This document shows positions 36,231-51,149 of a stretch of DNA of 64,000 nucleotides, piece by piece. The first letter of the stretch is position 1, and each line of letters starts with the position of its first letter. The translations under genes and the position numbers were made by a program. Source of the DNA: Catajapyx aquilonaris (Eukaryota); contig KZ537969.1 in NCBI GenBank assembly GCA_000934665.2, positions 124,001-188,000 on the forward strand, read 5' to 3'. A model generated the notes under the pieces. That model searched no databases. It worked only from the letters and a program-made list of their open reading frames with translations, and was not told the origin of the DNA.

Positions 36231-39200
36231 TTTCCCGCGAAAATATGATGTTGGGTGAATCAAGCCAAGGTCACCTAGCCATAATGTGACGCAAGAAATT
36301 CCCAGTCATATGTACCCCCTTTACATGCACGATCTCACTCCCAGGAGCGGCAAAGGCGCAATAACTAGACCTCCAGGGCCAGCTACCTGATATAAAACTA
36401 TATGCCCGACGGGGGGAGACAAGGAAAAGTAATTGATAACTGTTACCTTCATTCAGGTGTGACGAAGTTGTGATAAGTCTGGCGAGGGCAGTGACTGTGC
36501 TTTCTGTCATTAATAACAGCTGGTTGTGTGTGTGTCTCATTAAGAATGTTTTTTTTTGTGGGTACGATTTCTGGCTTGATTTATGTTTGGTTGGATGTTA
36601 TTGTGCGTTGAGATTAATCAGATTGGCTGATTTTCAGTAACTTTCATCGCCAATTAAGGAGCTTCATTGACAAGGTTAGGTGTCAATATGGTCAGTGATG
36701 AATGTGGAGATGGACTGATTTTTTATTTTTAAAAAAAACTGAATTTAGGTCGTAGCTTATCAGCATTTTTTCAAACGTTATCTCGCACCGGTTAATTGGT
36801 CGAACTTTTTTCCGTTTTCGAAAAAAAAAAAATGAATTGTGCTTGCAAATTCTGGCTCCAAAAAAGTACTGCTCTTATCAAAGTGGCACGGGAATTTCCA
36901 CTTGGAAAGGCCAGCAGTAAATAACGAGCCAGTTTGCGCCATGTAGTTCATTCGCGATAAGTGGATCGCAGGTTATAGGCAAGTGGCGGAATAATCACTT
37001 TGCCCGGTACTGTATAATGTTATTAACCTTCTGACTTGCAAATAACATAACTTCTGGGTGACTCACTCTCCGAATGTTCATAACCTGGGAGTTCACTTTT
37101 TTTTCTCTCTCTTTTCTGAACCAACACGAAAAGCAGTTATCACGCTTTCCTCATCATTAAATAAATATATAAAAAAAACCACGAGTCGATCAAGCAAACG
37201 TGGACGTAAACTAAACGGTTCCAGATCGTGCAAAAACGTGGGATTTATTCCCTCACACCCGGAGTTAGCCGCAGTAAAAATTTACAACTAGTGTTGGCTG
37301 GACAACACCCAAAGCTCCATCTTGGAAAAAAAAGATCAGGGCTCCACCAAAACCAGTTTTCTCCATATTTGTACTCCTTGGCAATCTGCGGGGTCTTCTT
37401 TGTCATCTACATGTGGTTCACGACTTGGATCAAGACTTGATGCGTTTCCTGGCCAAAACTTGGCCAAGTATATTCCCAACACGTTTCTAAGGCCAGGTAA
37501 AATATATGGTCCATTGCCCGAAGTCATTTCAAAAAAAAAAAAAGTGATTTTTTTGACCCACCGCTGGGCACTGCGAGGGGGCAGAAGGGTGGACCTAAGT
37601 TACAACTCGGTTTACACGTTCAATGTGCGAGGCACGACCTGACCGGATGACAGCTGGAATTATAGAAAAATGTGTGGTCGAGCATGTCCCATCGATATAA
37701 GTAGCAGTGATAGTAAATACGGCGCGTCATTTGTAACTGTACGGGTATATGTACCGGTGCAGCTATTTTTGGTACACTTTTCGTGACAGTCTGGTCCGAG
37801 AAAGTCCCGATATGTTTATAGCCACCGAACGTGTCCGAATAGGCGTGGTCTGCTATCAGGTGAGAAACGTTGCAATAAAAAAGTGTATTAGATCTGAATT
37901 ATTTGTTTACTTCTGTTTGGGTGCACCAACGCACTATAAAGCAACAGCGGAAATGTGCCTACGTGAATATTTTGTTGGTGAAAAAGCATCTTGGCGAAGC
38001 CCAACAGGGGGTGGCCGAAGCCCCAGCATCGCCGAGTTGTTCTTACCAACATATTAGTCACGGATTCGTCATATACAGTCTTACATCAAAGCAAACTTGC
38101 AGGCCCCTTTTTCTGCTCGAAAAACGTCCGTGATAATGAGGAATCCACGGACAACATTTTGTACGTGGCATCACGTAGTTTCGTGCGTTTTATGCTCGTC
38201 CTGTGTTATTTCTTGCGGTAGCTCCCCCTAAAAACAAATTACCTGCCTGGCTGAAAAGTACATCGCCAGGTCAACACTGCTCGAGGCTTCCGTGTAATAA
38301 TTCGCAGAAAATTTTTGCGATGTTGGCGAAAGTATACATGACCAATCCAGGTCATGTACGCATGTTGGCTCGTGACAATCCACCCTATGGTCCACAGGAG
38401 GTCGAGGCCGAAGAATGACTGCCGTGACGCAGCAGCAAAAGTTCGATCAGATGGTTTCGAGGCACTGAACACCCCCCATACACAACCATTAATTTAATTC
38501 GCACCTGGATCCACAGGGGGTCACAAAAGGTATGCGATTGGATCTGTCAAAACGGAGGGTGCCATCTTTTTTTCCCCGGGTGTTTCTCACGTTTGTGACA
38601 ACCGGTTGACACCAAATTCGTATACACGCGTTACGTGACACTCCAGCAGTATTTTAGGCAGTAAAAATTGTGTTTACATTAGGTGAGGCTTACAATCTTG
38701 GGTCAAAAGTTAACATTGATAAGATTGTGGCCGTACATAGAGTATCAAGTGTTATCTAAGTTTGTCCAACTTATATCCATTAAAATAATTTTTTATACAT
38801 TTTTGCAACTACTGCTAAAATAATGTGCAATTACCATTGATCGTGGCGTCATGCCCTGTCTAATGTAATTGCTACCCCTGCCAATCAGCAAGTGGTGTTG
38901 GCTGTTCACATACTGACATTCATATCATACGATCAGGCAAATATATAACTTTCAAAGAGCAATAATTAGGTTCTGGGGAGGGTGAGTAAACATTCTTAGA
39001 GTAGGCCAATGCTCTTGTTGCGGTGCTCAAGGACGTTGCCCACCGAAGAATGCACACATACATAGATGTGGAAATGGTCACGACCAAAGATAGCTCCTGG
39101 TCCACTCTTGGCCTTCATTTTAGCCCAAGAAGTGACCTTCACCTTCCTGCACTCCCTCCAAAAAAAAAATCATTTAAAAAATCTGGCGGGTATGGTCAGT

Positions 39201-42200
39201 CAATCGGCAATGACCACGTCCTTGTGTTTATTGCTCCCATTTCTGCCTCTTTTTTGTTCGGAGGTCATCGCCATTAATTAAAGACCTTTGCGCCATTTAT
39301 TACCAAAGGTAGACAGGAGGGCCTGCATTTTTACACAAGTTTTGGCCTCGGGAGACATTCGAACCGCATTAAAAAAATGGACAACACTGGCATAAATTGC
39401 ACATTACAAGGGTGAATTTGAGATGAAGTGAATGAAAGGAGAGTCTGGTCGTGAAATTCCGGACAAGGGTGGGAAATCCCAGCCGCTGGGAAATTTCGGG
39501 AGGTTGTTCCCTCCCCAAAAAATGTTCAATACTGTTTTATTTCGCGAAACCAGATCTAGGGGTCTGGCCTTTGTTGTGTAAATTGAGGTGGGGGGGGNTT
39601 TATTGGCCACCCTTTTCATTCATTCGAGGAACACTGGGCTGGGAAGCAACAACTGGCCAAGCCATTTTTTTTTTCATTTTGGGAAAATTTTCGCATAACT
39701 ACATGTTGAAACCAGTTCTATCAGGCCACAAAAATTTCGGTGAGGTCGCATCAAGTTAACATCGCCATAAATCAACATAGGTAGCATCCGTGAACTGGAT
39801 TCCTATCTGTGCTTTCAGGGCGAGTGTAAGTGCAAAAAAAAATATATCCTTGAAATGCTTATCACCTTCAAGGGGGGTGCCCGAAAAACAAGCGGCAAGG
39901 TGCGTCAGAATTAATTACTTCAAAAGTCATAAACCATCCTCTACCTCCACACGAACGATCAAAACTCGTGAAAATGGGAGGCACCCAAGATACGACAAGA
40001 GCAAATTAATAACCACGAAACTGCCCTGATGAACACCCCGGATAAATATTGGTCGAACTTCCTCTTTGGATTAAATACCGTTAACTTAAAAAAAAAAAAG
40101 TATGAAAATTTTTCGGGCTGTCATATATCGTCCATAAAACGCGTCTCAAGGCAAGGCTTTGAAAGAATTATGTATCATTTCATACCAAGCCCCTTAGTGA
40201 TTATTGGCTGAAAAACCCTGCGCGTGCACCGCATTTCAACAATGCTGACAACCGAGGAAACATGTACGCTACTGGGAGGGTTCCAGTTTGCTCTCCTGTC
40301 CTTCAACATATGAGTACTAGTGTATAAGAGGGCAAGGTTGGGCACACTTCAAAAAAAAGGGGGGGTAACCTGAAACAACTTTTTAGCTGTCGGGGTGCTT
40401 TGGGATCGGGCGGTAATAACCCAATTCGGTAGACCTTGTGTGGATTGATGGGGTTGAACACTGGTCAGAAGAAAATAAAAGGGGGGCAAAATTGGCCAGC
40501 GAGTTTGCAGTAGGGGGTCGTAAAAAGGAATGCTAATATTTGAAGGTATTTTTAACGCCGTTTGCAAAAGGGGCGTTGACCTGCCATTTTTTTTGCGAAT
40601 ATTCTTTGCACTCGATGCTATTTTTTTTAACGAATATTCTGTGTCCTGTATGTACGGCCAGTACAGGTATGTCTGAACTCATTTGTCCCTGAGTAAAGGA
40701 AGCTGGTTCCCCAGTTAGCATTTCGTGCCAAAAGCCCATAACTCCGGGGGTTGAAACAACCTTGCTTTTAGCAATACATTTTCATCTCCCGGTCGCATTT
40801 CTTGTTGTTTTTTCCCCATTTTTGTTGTCACGTTTCACAATGAGCACAATTAGGACGTTTTCTAGGGAGACCGGAATGTGTGTTGTATGCTTTTGGCGAG
40901 AAACATATAGTGTACCATTTTGACGAGTTAGTTCGTGATGGCAGAAATTTCCGTGCGGAATGTGACATTTCACATGTTTTTATTGCTTGGCTTGGCGTGA
41001 TGGGGATGTTGCAGCATCAGACCTTGTCCTTTTTCAGAGTCTCCATTTTTCTTGTACGCGTGCAGTGGGGGCAAAAGAGGAAGCTCCGGTTCCCAGGGTT
41101 ATGTCATATACGTCCCTGGCCTTCTAACTGGCCTCGCATTTAAAATGTTGGTAGGTAGAAATGGCTACCATTTGGAATATGCGATGCATGCCATATGTTT
41201 CACAATTTCCTGCATCGCGCAATCTGGCTTTTTAATTATTGATAAGGAAGTCTTCTAAGCTGAACTCTCATTAGCTGCTGCCTCATATACCGACCGACTT
41301 TGACTGGTGGCAATTAAATCCAAGTTTTGGGCCATGTTTCCAGCCATGGCCTACATGAAGACGTTTCTTTTGGGTTGCGCGCTTTCACGAAGGATCACGC
41401 AAGTCGACTTACTTAAGAATCATTGCTCGTCCTTGGATGCCAGAAGCTAGGGCCTCTCGGGCCACAACATCGATTAAACTTTCGCTGTTTCTCCCATTTC
41501 CGTGTTTCCTGTTGTTTACCCATGGGGAAGCTCACTTTACGGAGCATGCTATCCGCACCCTCTCTTTTAAGGAAAAAGAAAAAAATACCAGGCTCCGGAT
41601 CTATAGGTCTGGATAGTAATTTTGGACCGAGGCCTGCCATATGGGGAAAGACCAAGGTGGGTTATAGTCTTGGGTGTCCGGCACCCCCATATCCTGCTTT
41701 GCCGCCTATATATGCATGTATGGGGTTGGGTTACAGGGAGAGGCCACATGTTCCACAAATGTCGAAAAAATGCGGAGAGAAATTTAAAATATGTAGCTGC
41801 TCAGCAGTATTTTACGGATAATAAGCTGTACTCTGCGCAATATCATGCAGTTCTCACGGTATGTGAAAACATTTTTTTTCCATATAAGTACACCGGTTGT
41901 GAAACTTGTGAATCATGATGTACTCAGCTGTTATTGAAGTCAGCATAGTAGGCCTGCTGCTTAACAGGACAATGCAACATTAGAAAAGCTTGCATAATTG
42001 CACAGTATATTTAACTGTAACCTCTCCCATTTAAATTAAACAACTCACCTACTAGCTAAATATGCTGGGAAATGTAGCTATTGTTGCTTATTTCATGTGT
42101 TTTTCTGCTCCAGAGACGCAATAATGGGTTTAAAGTGCGGATTTACAGCCGTTAAATACTGTATATGAGACAGAGTTTGCTTAACCAGTAATAAATAATA

Positions 42201-45029
42201 GGAGGGCTAGTAAAAAAAAGTAGAACCACGGCACGGTAGCCTTGACACTAGCTGGGATTTATGCCGCCCATATTTTTCAGTTTGTGTATTTTAGCTCATA
42301 TCTCAGCTGAATGAAACACATTTTGTGACAGAGACTGCAACGCCCGGAGGTCAAACGAGCCACTTTTCCTATCAAGACTGGTTTCCAAAGCCGAACATAA
42401 ATTCGATCCCAAAATGCCGATGGAAACAGGAAACCGTCGATTGACGATGGTGGAACCCAGCCAGTCTGGGTCATTTGTCCCTCAGGGGTAAGAATTTTTC
42501 ACATGATGGAATTCGGCATGGGAAGTGTAACTGATTCTATCTCTGTACGCAACAAACCCCTTCAGGTGATGCTAGAAACGGGAGTCGTTCGTGTGACAGT
42601 GTTGACCATCCATCCTGTAAGCACGCAGGACACCGTTAGTCGTGTGGAAAAACGCAGAGTCATACGGGCGTGATGAGGATGTCCATTGTCCGGTAACAGA
42701 ATCGCTTTGCATTTATAATGGTGGCTACAGCAGCATCCTCTTGCTGGAGGAACAAGGAAGATGGTTTGGCAAATGAGTGCGCCTGAAGCGAGGCTGGTCT
42801 TTTGGTCTTATATAGGCTCATCTCCCACGCCCATTTTTATATACATTGTTGTGTTATGACATGGGGGAAGTTGCAACCGTAATGCCTCTTCGCATTGAAC
42901 TGTCGTAATAACTGTTTTGTTTGGATAGATCAGGAGGAGCCGAACAAGACAGCTATATGCCAATATCAAGCAATTTAGAGTCGGTGTTGCCACCTTGGAT
43001 GTTCAGTCATGGTGTCGAAGTAACGGATTTTAACAAAGTTGTTAATTAAATTAGCCAGGTTATGGGGACAGCGTTCGTCGAGAGTGAATTTCGTACGAAA
43101 ATTAAGTAAACCACGACAAAATTTGCATGAGCTGACAATGAGCAACATATCATTGAAATTAAATGGTGAAAATCAGTAACTGCTCGGTTTGAATAAATAC
43201 ATCTCACCCAACCAGTCAATTCTACAAAAGCACTGTCATCAACAATGCTACATTTCCGCAATGAAATAAGAATTCAGTTATTGAGTCAGTTGAAATAGGA
43301 AGATCCCAAAGTACTTTGGTACTATTTCAAGTGTAAAAAGAGTGAAAGCCACCCACTGCCTGGCTGGTTTTCAGGCTGACTATACTCAAACTGAATGCAA
43401 AGTGCTACTTTAAAATGCCTGCATAACATTGTGCCCTTTACTGCATACAATTTTGGAGTTTAGCTAATAGAATAGTAAGCTGAACTTTGTTCTATTCAAT
43501 TCGAGCAATGTAGTGTTACAGATCAGAATGTCATTATTTGAGTATAGGCTCAAGTTAATGCTCAGAAAATAATATTTCCACTTTCAAGGATTCGTTACAG
43601 TAAAAGTTGAGTGGGAAGATCTGGCACCACTGGTTCAAACACAAGTTGAAGGATTGACAAGCCCGATCCCCCTTCCTGCTCCTATAATGATCCTTCATTA
43701 TAACGTATTACGTCAAATTATTCTCCGTCACCTGAAAACTTTTACGACCTGGCTCCAAAACCCATGGCAAGTCAGAAGCACAAGGGACCGCAGCCGAGGC
43801 CATAAAATCAGGACACTGGACTTCCCGATGATATCTCTCTCGTAAATTTGCTCCACCCTGTAGGTTTCCACTCGATTTGGATCGCACTTGAGGCCAAATG
43901 ATTCAATAAATGTCCGGCCATTCTGCAAAGCGACGTGAATTTAGTATGTGCGACCTACTCGAGTGACTATTCTTTTCGGGACATCAAGGAAGATGGTCCG
44001 TGCCGCAACAATGCGGAAGACACGTTGATTGATTACCATCGTCATACCCTACTCATACTCTCGTTTTAGATGGGACTGATGTGGGCAACACGTGCCAATC
44101 ACGGCCGAACTGGTACGTCTCGTGACTTATTTATTATGCCTGCTGGCATGCAACATGATTGTTGCTTTCGTAGTGTTGAAACTCGGCGGTCTCAATCAGC
44201 AGAGTGTCTGAAATTTTTGCCTTATCATTGTTGCATTGTTGAGTAATTTTCTGGTACGTCAGATGGTAACTATAAGAGGTCATGCGGTTCGAGAGGTCAA
44301 ACTCGTTACATTGTGTGGCAGTACAGAGGTGGAGTACCTTATTTTTTGCATGATGGGAAGAAAATTACATGCTCATGCTAAAGATTACGTCGCATGATGT
44401 CATACCTATATTTTCACTGCCATACTGTGTCAACAATATGACCTGGCCCGTTGTTTTTCCCAGTCTGCAGCTCCAGTTTCGTCCCCCCCTATTCCCTATC
44501 ATAAAACGTATGACTAATGTGTTCAGTGCTCTTTGTCCCCTAGAAGGGCACAAAGAAGCAGACAAAAGAGCTGAATGTCGTCCAGACCCCCAGAAAACTC
44601 CTGCGGGTTATTGACCGATTTTCATTACGTTTCCGTAACCTCTAGAGGTCACACATGGGGCACATGAGATTTATGGGTGCAGGAAATGATCGGATCGAAA
44701 ATACCCCCACGGTCTCGATTCTCGAATTCAGATCGTATCAATGGAGATTCTCAGACCTTCAGATGTCCTAAAGCCGCCGTCAATTTCCTGCTAGTAAATA
44801 TGCAACATTTGCTTATTCTGGCTGTTTCGCACAACCGCGCGTATGAACATTGACCCCTAGTTCCTCATACACAAGCCAAAGTGTTTGGCAGAGAAAATTG
44901 CACGGGCCGGGTCTATCACGTACACCCGGTGTAATTACAGGATTGGGGTAAGCGCACCAGAGGGACAGGACTCGGTTCTAATGCTGGGGTATACCAGGGC
45001 GCAGATTGAATATTGGAGAGAAGACCTTG

Positions 45030-45150
45030 AAAGGTATTTCAGGTTCAGGAGGGGTCGAAGCACGCAAGATGCTGTGAGGATGGACCATCTTCCGGGGAAG
45101 AAATTTTCCGGATCTCACCATGCGCCCCCATGTGGCTGCTATAAGGACGT
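45030..45150 (+). mobile_element. Highly degraded non-LTR retrotransposon RT remnant
   Basis: FRFRRGRSTQDAV resembles the LINE RT GFRxGRSTxDA motif; DLTMRPHVAAI follows in another frame. Confidence 0.35.
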
Positions 45151-48100
45151 AACACAATATTGTTGTGGCCGACTCCCGACACCTGTGGATCATGCTGGAA
45201 CATGGACCCTACCTGCCATAATGAATGCTGTCCCACGCCAAGTTTGCCCACCTTCCCTTTCTATAATTTTGCTTGCACACGTGCATATCCAGCTACCAAA
45301 TTCGAGTCACGCAATGGGCATTCCTATGACACGTCCTGACTTGGGGGACATGTCTCTGCCCTGCCACACACTTCTTGGGCCGCTCCACATGCTCGGGGTG
45401 TACAAAAAAAAAAACTAGACGTAATCAGATGGGATGTCGCTTTTTTGGATGAGGGCGGAGGACCTGGTCGACCAGACGTAGATAGCCTCGTAATATAGAC
45501 GTATCGCCCAGGTATGACAGGTAGGTCCTCTGAATATGAAGAGCTACAAATCTGGAAAAAAATCATCTCGTCGCGACTGTAAAATCAGCCATATCTATCC
45601 AGATGTGGGATGCAACCTTGCTTGTAGCCGCACTTCAATGGTGACTATCGTCTAGCGGAATCTCTCATTAGGTTGATTTACGCTCTAGTACACACAAGGA
45701 CCTACACACACACATGTGGGTAAACAGGAGCACTGTTTGGCGCCAAGTCAACGACTCCGGTTATGGGCAGTAAAAACATTTGTGTTCATATTTGTTCAGG
45801 GGTGACCTGCCACACGTGTTCATTTTTTAGCCGCCCTTTGCACCTTCGAGGTTAGTCATGTGTGAGCGTGACTGGTGGCCAACTACAGTTCAAGAGGTCA
45901 GCAGACTATTTACACCTGCATGTCACCAACCTTATATACAACAGCCAAGTGATTGTTGCAATGTTGCTTCACTTTTTAAATTGTTTGCTGGAGTTAACAA
46001 CCCATTTTTTTCCCCACCCCCTTCGAGGGCGGTGTACCACCAAAGCATGGCCTGATCTAGCAACTAGGTGCTTGCGAAAGGAGCCGTGCTCTTCAATTTC
46101 ACGTCCCCATGCTTCCTGGCGTAATTCTGAGGAAGATGGATGGGGGTGCCATCAGGGTCATGTTGTAAGGAGTTAGAAAAACATATCCTTGACGAGTATT
46201 ATTTTCAAAAGTGACCAACTTGGGGGCAGCTAAAGGCTATACGAAATAAAAAGAAGGGAAGTTATAACTGTCAGCTTTTTGGCTAGCGTATATAAAAGGT
46301 GAACCGGTTTCGCGTTTATGTCTGCGGTTGCAACGTGATTATCGCGAAGGGGATATAAAAACCAGAGATTGACTCACCATACTAATGGAGTAAATGCCGC
46401 TATCCTAATTTTTAGCGATATTTTTAAAGGTGACATCACTGTATCGATCTATCGTTTTATCGGACCGGAACTATTTTTTTTTATCTAAACAACTTCATTA
46501 TATGGTGGGGGAAAAAATTAAGCCTGAGGCGCCATAAAAATGAGTGATGATCATCGCATAATTGAAAGGTCCGATTCAATGAGCAGTTTTGCATGAGCAG
46601 ACGTGCGGCGGAGATCATTAATTACTCGCTAATATATTTTTTTTTGCATATTGCTCCGGGGCCATCCCATGCCATCAAGGCGTATAGCAGCAAACCATCC
46701 GGGAGATAAACAGTGAAAGGGAAATACATTTCGAAGGAAGATGACGTGGGCAGGAATGGGAACTTGGGGAGGGGTCAAGAGGTGTCCAGCGTTACTAACC
46801 GGTACCCATGGAAGGTGATCCACTTATCCGCGAATTTGAGCCCCTCGAAAAAGGTGGGGACGGGTCAAGAGAAAGAGTCGGAATGAGTTTCGGGTTTCGA
46901 AAGGCCGTAAAGCAAAAATTCACCTGTCGAGACGGATTATACCTGAGCTGGCAGAGACCAATTCCTGTCTAAGGAGCGTAACTCTACAAGAGTGGGGGGT
47001 TAAGATATACGAAGTTGACGGTGCGCTTGCAAGGACAGCGGCCAACTTGATTTATGAAGCGTGCGTGAAGGCAGTCGAATTGTGCGAATTGATTTCATTA
47101 CGCATTCGAGGTGCGCCACAAGGTACGTGGATGGAAATTTTAATATATTTTTTTGTGAAGAAAAGTGATCTCATTCTACTGATTGGCTTACAAGCGCTCT
47201 ATAAATATGAAATCACTCAGTTCTTCTTCCCAACCACCAGAGGCGCTGCCTATTGCGCAGGCGCAAAATGGGGCCCAATCGGAAGCGTCGCGCAAACAAT
47301 ACAGTATAAGGTGGGCCAATCATATAACGAATGATTTTAATATCATACTGTTATAGTCATTGTTGAAAGTAATTTAAGTAGCTGCTCCAGGCGTCTTATT
47401 CGTGCTTGCTACACATCAATTTCCACACGAGCAGGTCTCGTGGGGGTATGCGGTAAAACCCCCCAAGGCGATTGTTGGCACTACTTGAGGCCTGTGCAAA
47501 TAAGTAGGACGGCCTTTCTGGAGCCTACTTTTTGTACATAGATTTTACAGGAGACATTTGAAGTGTCTCCATGCCAGAATTCAGGTTAATGTCAGCCATT
47601 GTTATGTGGGGGTGGATAAAATTGCTAAGATTGCGCTTTCACTAAAAATGGACTGATCGGTTTTTTGTTGTTGCATGCATTGCACATACTCATTTCACGC
47701 ATGTCCACTAGTAAAGAAGCGATTAGTGCCCATCGATCTCAGGTTGGACGTCATGTTTATCCTACGATCCTCAACCGCACACTGGGATCCCTGTAATCTT
47801 TGTCATTAGTTTCAATATGAGTGAAAGATGGAAAAGCCACGGGGAGTCCATTAGTTCCGACAAGAGTAGCCTCCAGCGACAGTCGCAGTGGGCGAGGAAG
47901 ACTGCTCATTACCGGATATTGCGTATGCCTGGTTAATTTAAAAAAAAAGTGAGGATTTTTATGGTCGGCCATCATCGTGAGTCTGGCCAATTACCAGGTT
48001 TTTCTCCCTTACCTTCATCACCCAATTTAAAATCATAACTCCCGCCATCATCGGACAGATCGTGCCGATCATTCTGTTGGAGGTTGGGTGATGCTGGGGG

Positions 48101-50017
48101 GATGAGGGCATGGCTCTTTTCTCCTGCCCGAAATGCTCAATTACGGGGGAGGGGACCTGGCCAATTTCTACCCCCAAAAAATGCATCTCCGGGTTACATG
48201 AACTCTGAGCCTGACCGGCCACATTTGCAATTAAAAAATTGATTGAAGCAAAAATGGCCGCTTCCGGTCCATTCATATTGAAAAGTGTGGATTCAATATG
48301 GATAATGTAAAAAAAAATTAACGCCTTTCACACATTGGGTGGAGCCAAGGTTACGCTTGATTTGACCCACGTACATTGAACCTAATTTGAAATTAAATGA
48401 TGGTAAAAATGGCCGCTTCCGGTCCCTCACTTCCGGCGCCATCTTCTAAGAGGGTCCCTCCCCTAGCTCGACAGATGTTGTTCCGATTTTAGCCATGGAC
48501 AGCTGCTACTTCTGGACGCGCGTGCCCCTTATTATGAAAATTCCCAACAAACACTTCCGGTTAGATGAGCAATTGTCGCGTGGCTCACTTCAACGTGAAT
48601 TGTCGTGCGAATAATTGTCATGCGATGTGCTTACCTTTTGGAAGTTGCGGTTTGCTCGACTTGTCAGCTACATTTTCTATTGGTGAGACTGGAGCTGAAA
48701 TTAAAAGAGTGCAAATGAATATTCAAGGTCTTGAGAGACACAAATTTCTGCCCCATTGCCAAACATGACAGAATAAAGTCGTAAAAACTCAGCAAAAAGG
48801 TCATTTCGTGGTGGAGTAAAAATATTTGTTCGAAAGGAAGGTCGTGAATCATCGCAAAAATAGCTACCAGAATGGTCGTAATTGTTGTCGGTTTTTTTTC
48901 CCCCCAACAAAAGGTACCGATCGTCGGGATCATCGGCGGTCATTATTCGTGCGGAACGGTTTTAACATGTGGACATACGTAAATTAATCCGCATTCTTGT
49001 TTTGTGGGAACCTGATCACCTTGAACCTGACTTGTCAAGCTGCAGCAGACAAATCCTCCGGGAGAATAATCCCGGGGATGAACCTCGTTGCCCTTTTATT
49101 GCTTCCTCCCTTCAGACTCATTCAGACACTCGATATTATAATACATGATGGTGCATAGTTCTATAGGTAATATGGCCTCATCAACTATGGTACACAATGG
49201 TGCCCTGTAATACGTTCCTAGAATTGGTTATTCTTGTATGTAAATGAACACCACGTATATTATGGAAGGGGGTGATGCTGATTAGATAATCTTTAAGAAA
49301 TATTTTTGTACTCAGCATGTGGCTACATCCGGTGACGAAACTATTCTTGAATGCGAATTTTGCCAGGCATTCGAAGTGTATGCGCTGGCGACATCAGTAG
49401 CATGACAACGTATTGTTTTGCAACCCACTTTTTTCCGTCGCGTCATGAGATTTTTCACACATTATGGAATGCGCGGGAGATAACGTTGCACAAATACCAT
49501 CCACGGCATTTTAAAGCTAAGTTTCAGCATTTAAAAACGGTCAACAATGAGTCAGCGATTACATCACAAGTCTAAAGTTGATGACAATGTGTACAGTATA
49601 TCGACAATGCAATATTACCCCCAGTATAGCTCGACCTTTAAAAAAAATTGATGCATGTAGTCATGTATCAGCCAGTAACAATACGGTAAGGTTGCGTGCG
49701 CAGAGACTATCAAAACCTTTCTGAGGAAACAATGATACTGCACTATCACTATCATATCATATCATAGCCGCTAATTTACGACATAGAAATGATAACATTT
49801 CCGTATTTAATTCGTCCTACGATAAACCGCACCATATTCACCCAATTGTCCAACATTTCGCCTAATCACGACACTTAACTTTTTACCTGAAAAATTCGAC
49901 CCAATTGTGGCCTATATATCCGAAAACCACTTCAATTACGTTAAACCGCATCGTCCTAAAAGTGTCCCAAAAATTCGCACTCGGAAACAGGAAACTTGAG
50001 TGAAACACGATGCTTAC

Positions 50018-50290
50018 CTTGTTGTGAAAGAGGGCAAGGGGCTGTCCTCCGTGGTGAGCCACAGGTATACACAGTTGGGATATAATAGGGGGATAGGGTT
50101 CGTGTGTGTGTATGTGTGTATCCCAGCTGCTGGGGCGTGTAGGTCGCCGGGTGGCCGCAGACTGCCGGCTTTTCCTGGGGAGCCGGCGTATTTGCCGCGC
50201 CCCGCACGCGCGCCCTCACACAGGACGCGCCGACAACAAAACTTGCCAATAGGAAAACTGCAACCAACTGCAGCTGCTGCCAAGACTTGG
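50018..50290 (-). other. Candidate distal non-coding first exon or promoter of insc
   Basis: Strong AAG|GTAAGC donor at 50017; GC-rich island with CAGCTG boxes; no ATG in the frame matching the insc acceptor. Confidence 0.35.
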
Positions 50291-50815
50291 TCGGACGAGA
50301 TCGGCGACTTCAAACCTGTTCGATTTGTATAAAAGAACAAACCAGGGAAGGGGGACGGTACACATGGGGGGGACGGACGGGACTAATTGTTTCAGGCTGG
50401 TCGTTAATCTCCAAAGAAATTCTCAAGGATAAGATTTCAATTCAAACGGATCCGGGGGCTTGGGGATTCGCACGTGCGATATTTTGCCAGTACGGTAGGG
50501 GTACGGGACGTTTTTGCATGGTTTGTAAAGACGGGTTGGGTTGGACCAGGAGGGGGCCAAAACGAAAAGTGGTCCTACCAGAAGCCAAAAATGTAACGAA
50601 AATGTCATGAATCAGACGAGCGGGGAAAATTAGCATATAAAGTTAACGAAATACTACGGATTATTTGAATAATGAAATAAATTACAAATGATAAGATCTA
50701 CCAGTAGTAATATTATTAATAATATGAATTTGTGGTAACAAGATAATGCATAAAACAACAATAATGAATTAATATGAAATATGGAAAAATATTATTGCGA
50801 TGGTCCAATAAAATT

Positions 50816-51149
50816 GTACTCCCGATTATCCGGGCTAATGAATGCACGGGTGTGGCCGGCATGGCCGGATAATCTGAAAATGGGCCTAGTAAAAAAATGA
50901 GTTGTTCACAGGTTTTAAATTATTAAATTACTGTACATTCTGTATGCTGCCAAAAAATAAAAATAAAGAAATGTCCAAATGTCTCACAATCGAAAAAATA
51001 TATAACATACCGTACTATTTCTAGACGACACACTAAAATTTATGATAAGTTTAATTATTTTGATTAATCAAAATAAACTTGCCATAAATTTTTCGGACAA
51101 TTATTTTTGTTATTATTTTTTGGCCATGCACGGATAATCGGGAGTACTG
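50816..51149. mobile_element. pogo/Tigger-like MITE
   Basis: Inverted termini GTACTCCCGATTATCCG...CGGATAATCGGGAGTAC(TG) around an AT-rich core. Confidence 0.7.

Noticed and set aside
39598..39598. Single N base in a G run
   Set aside because: Assembly ambiguity, not biology
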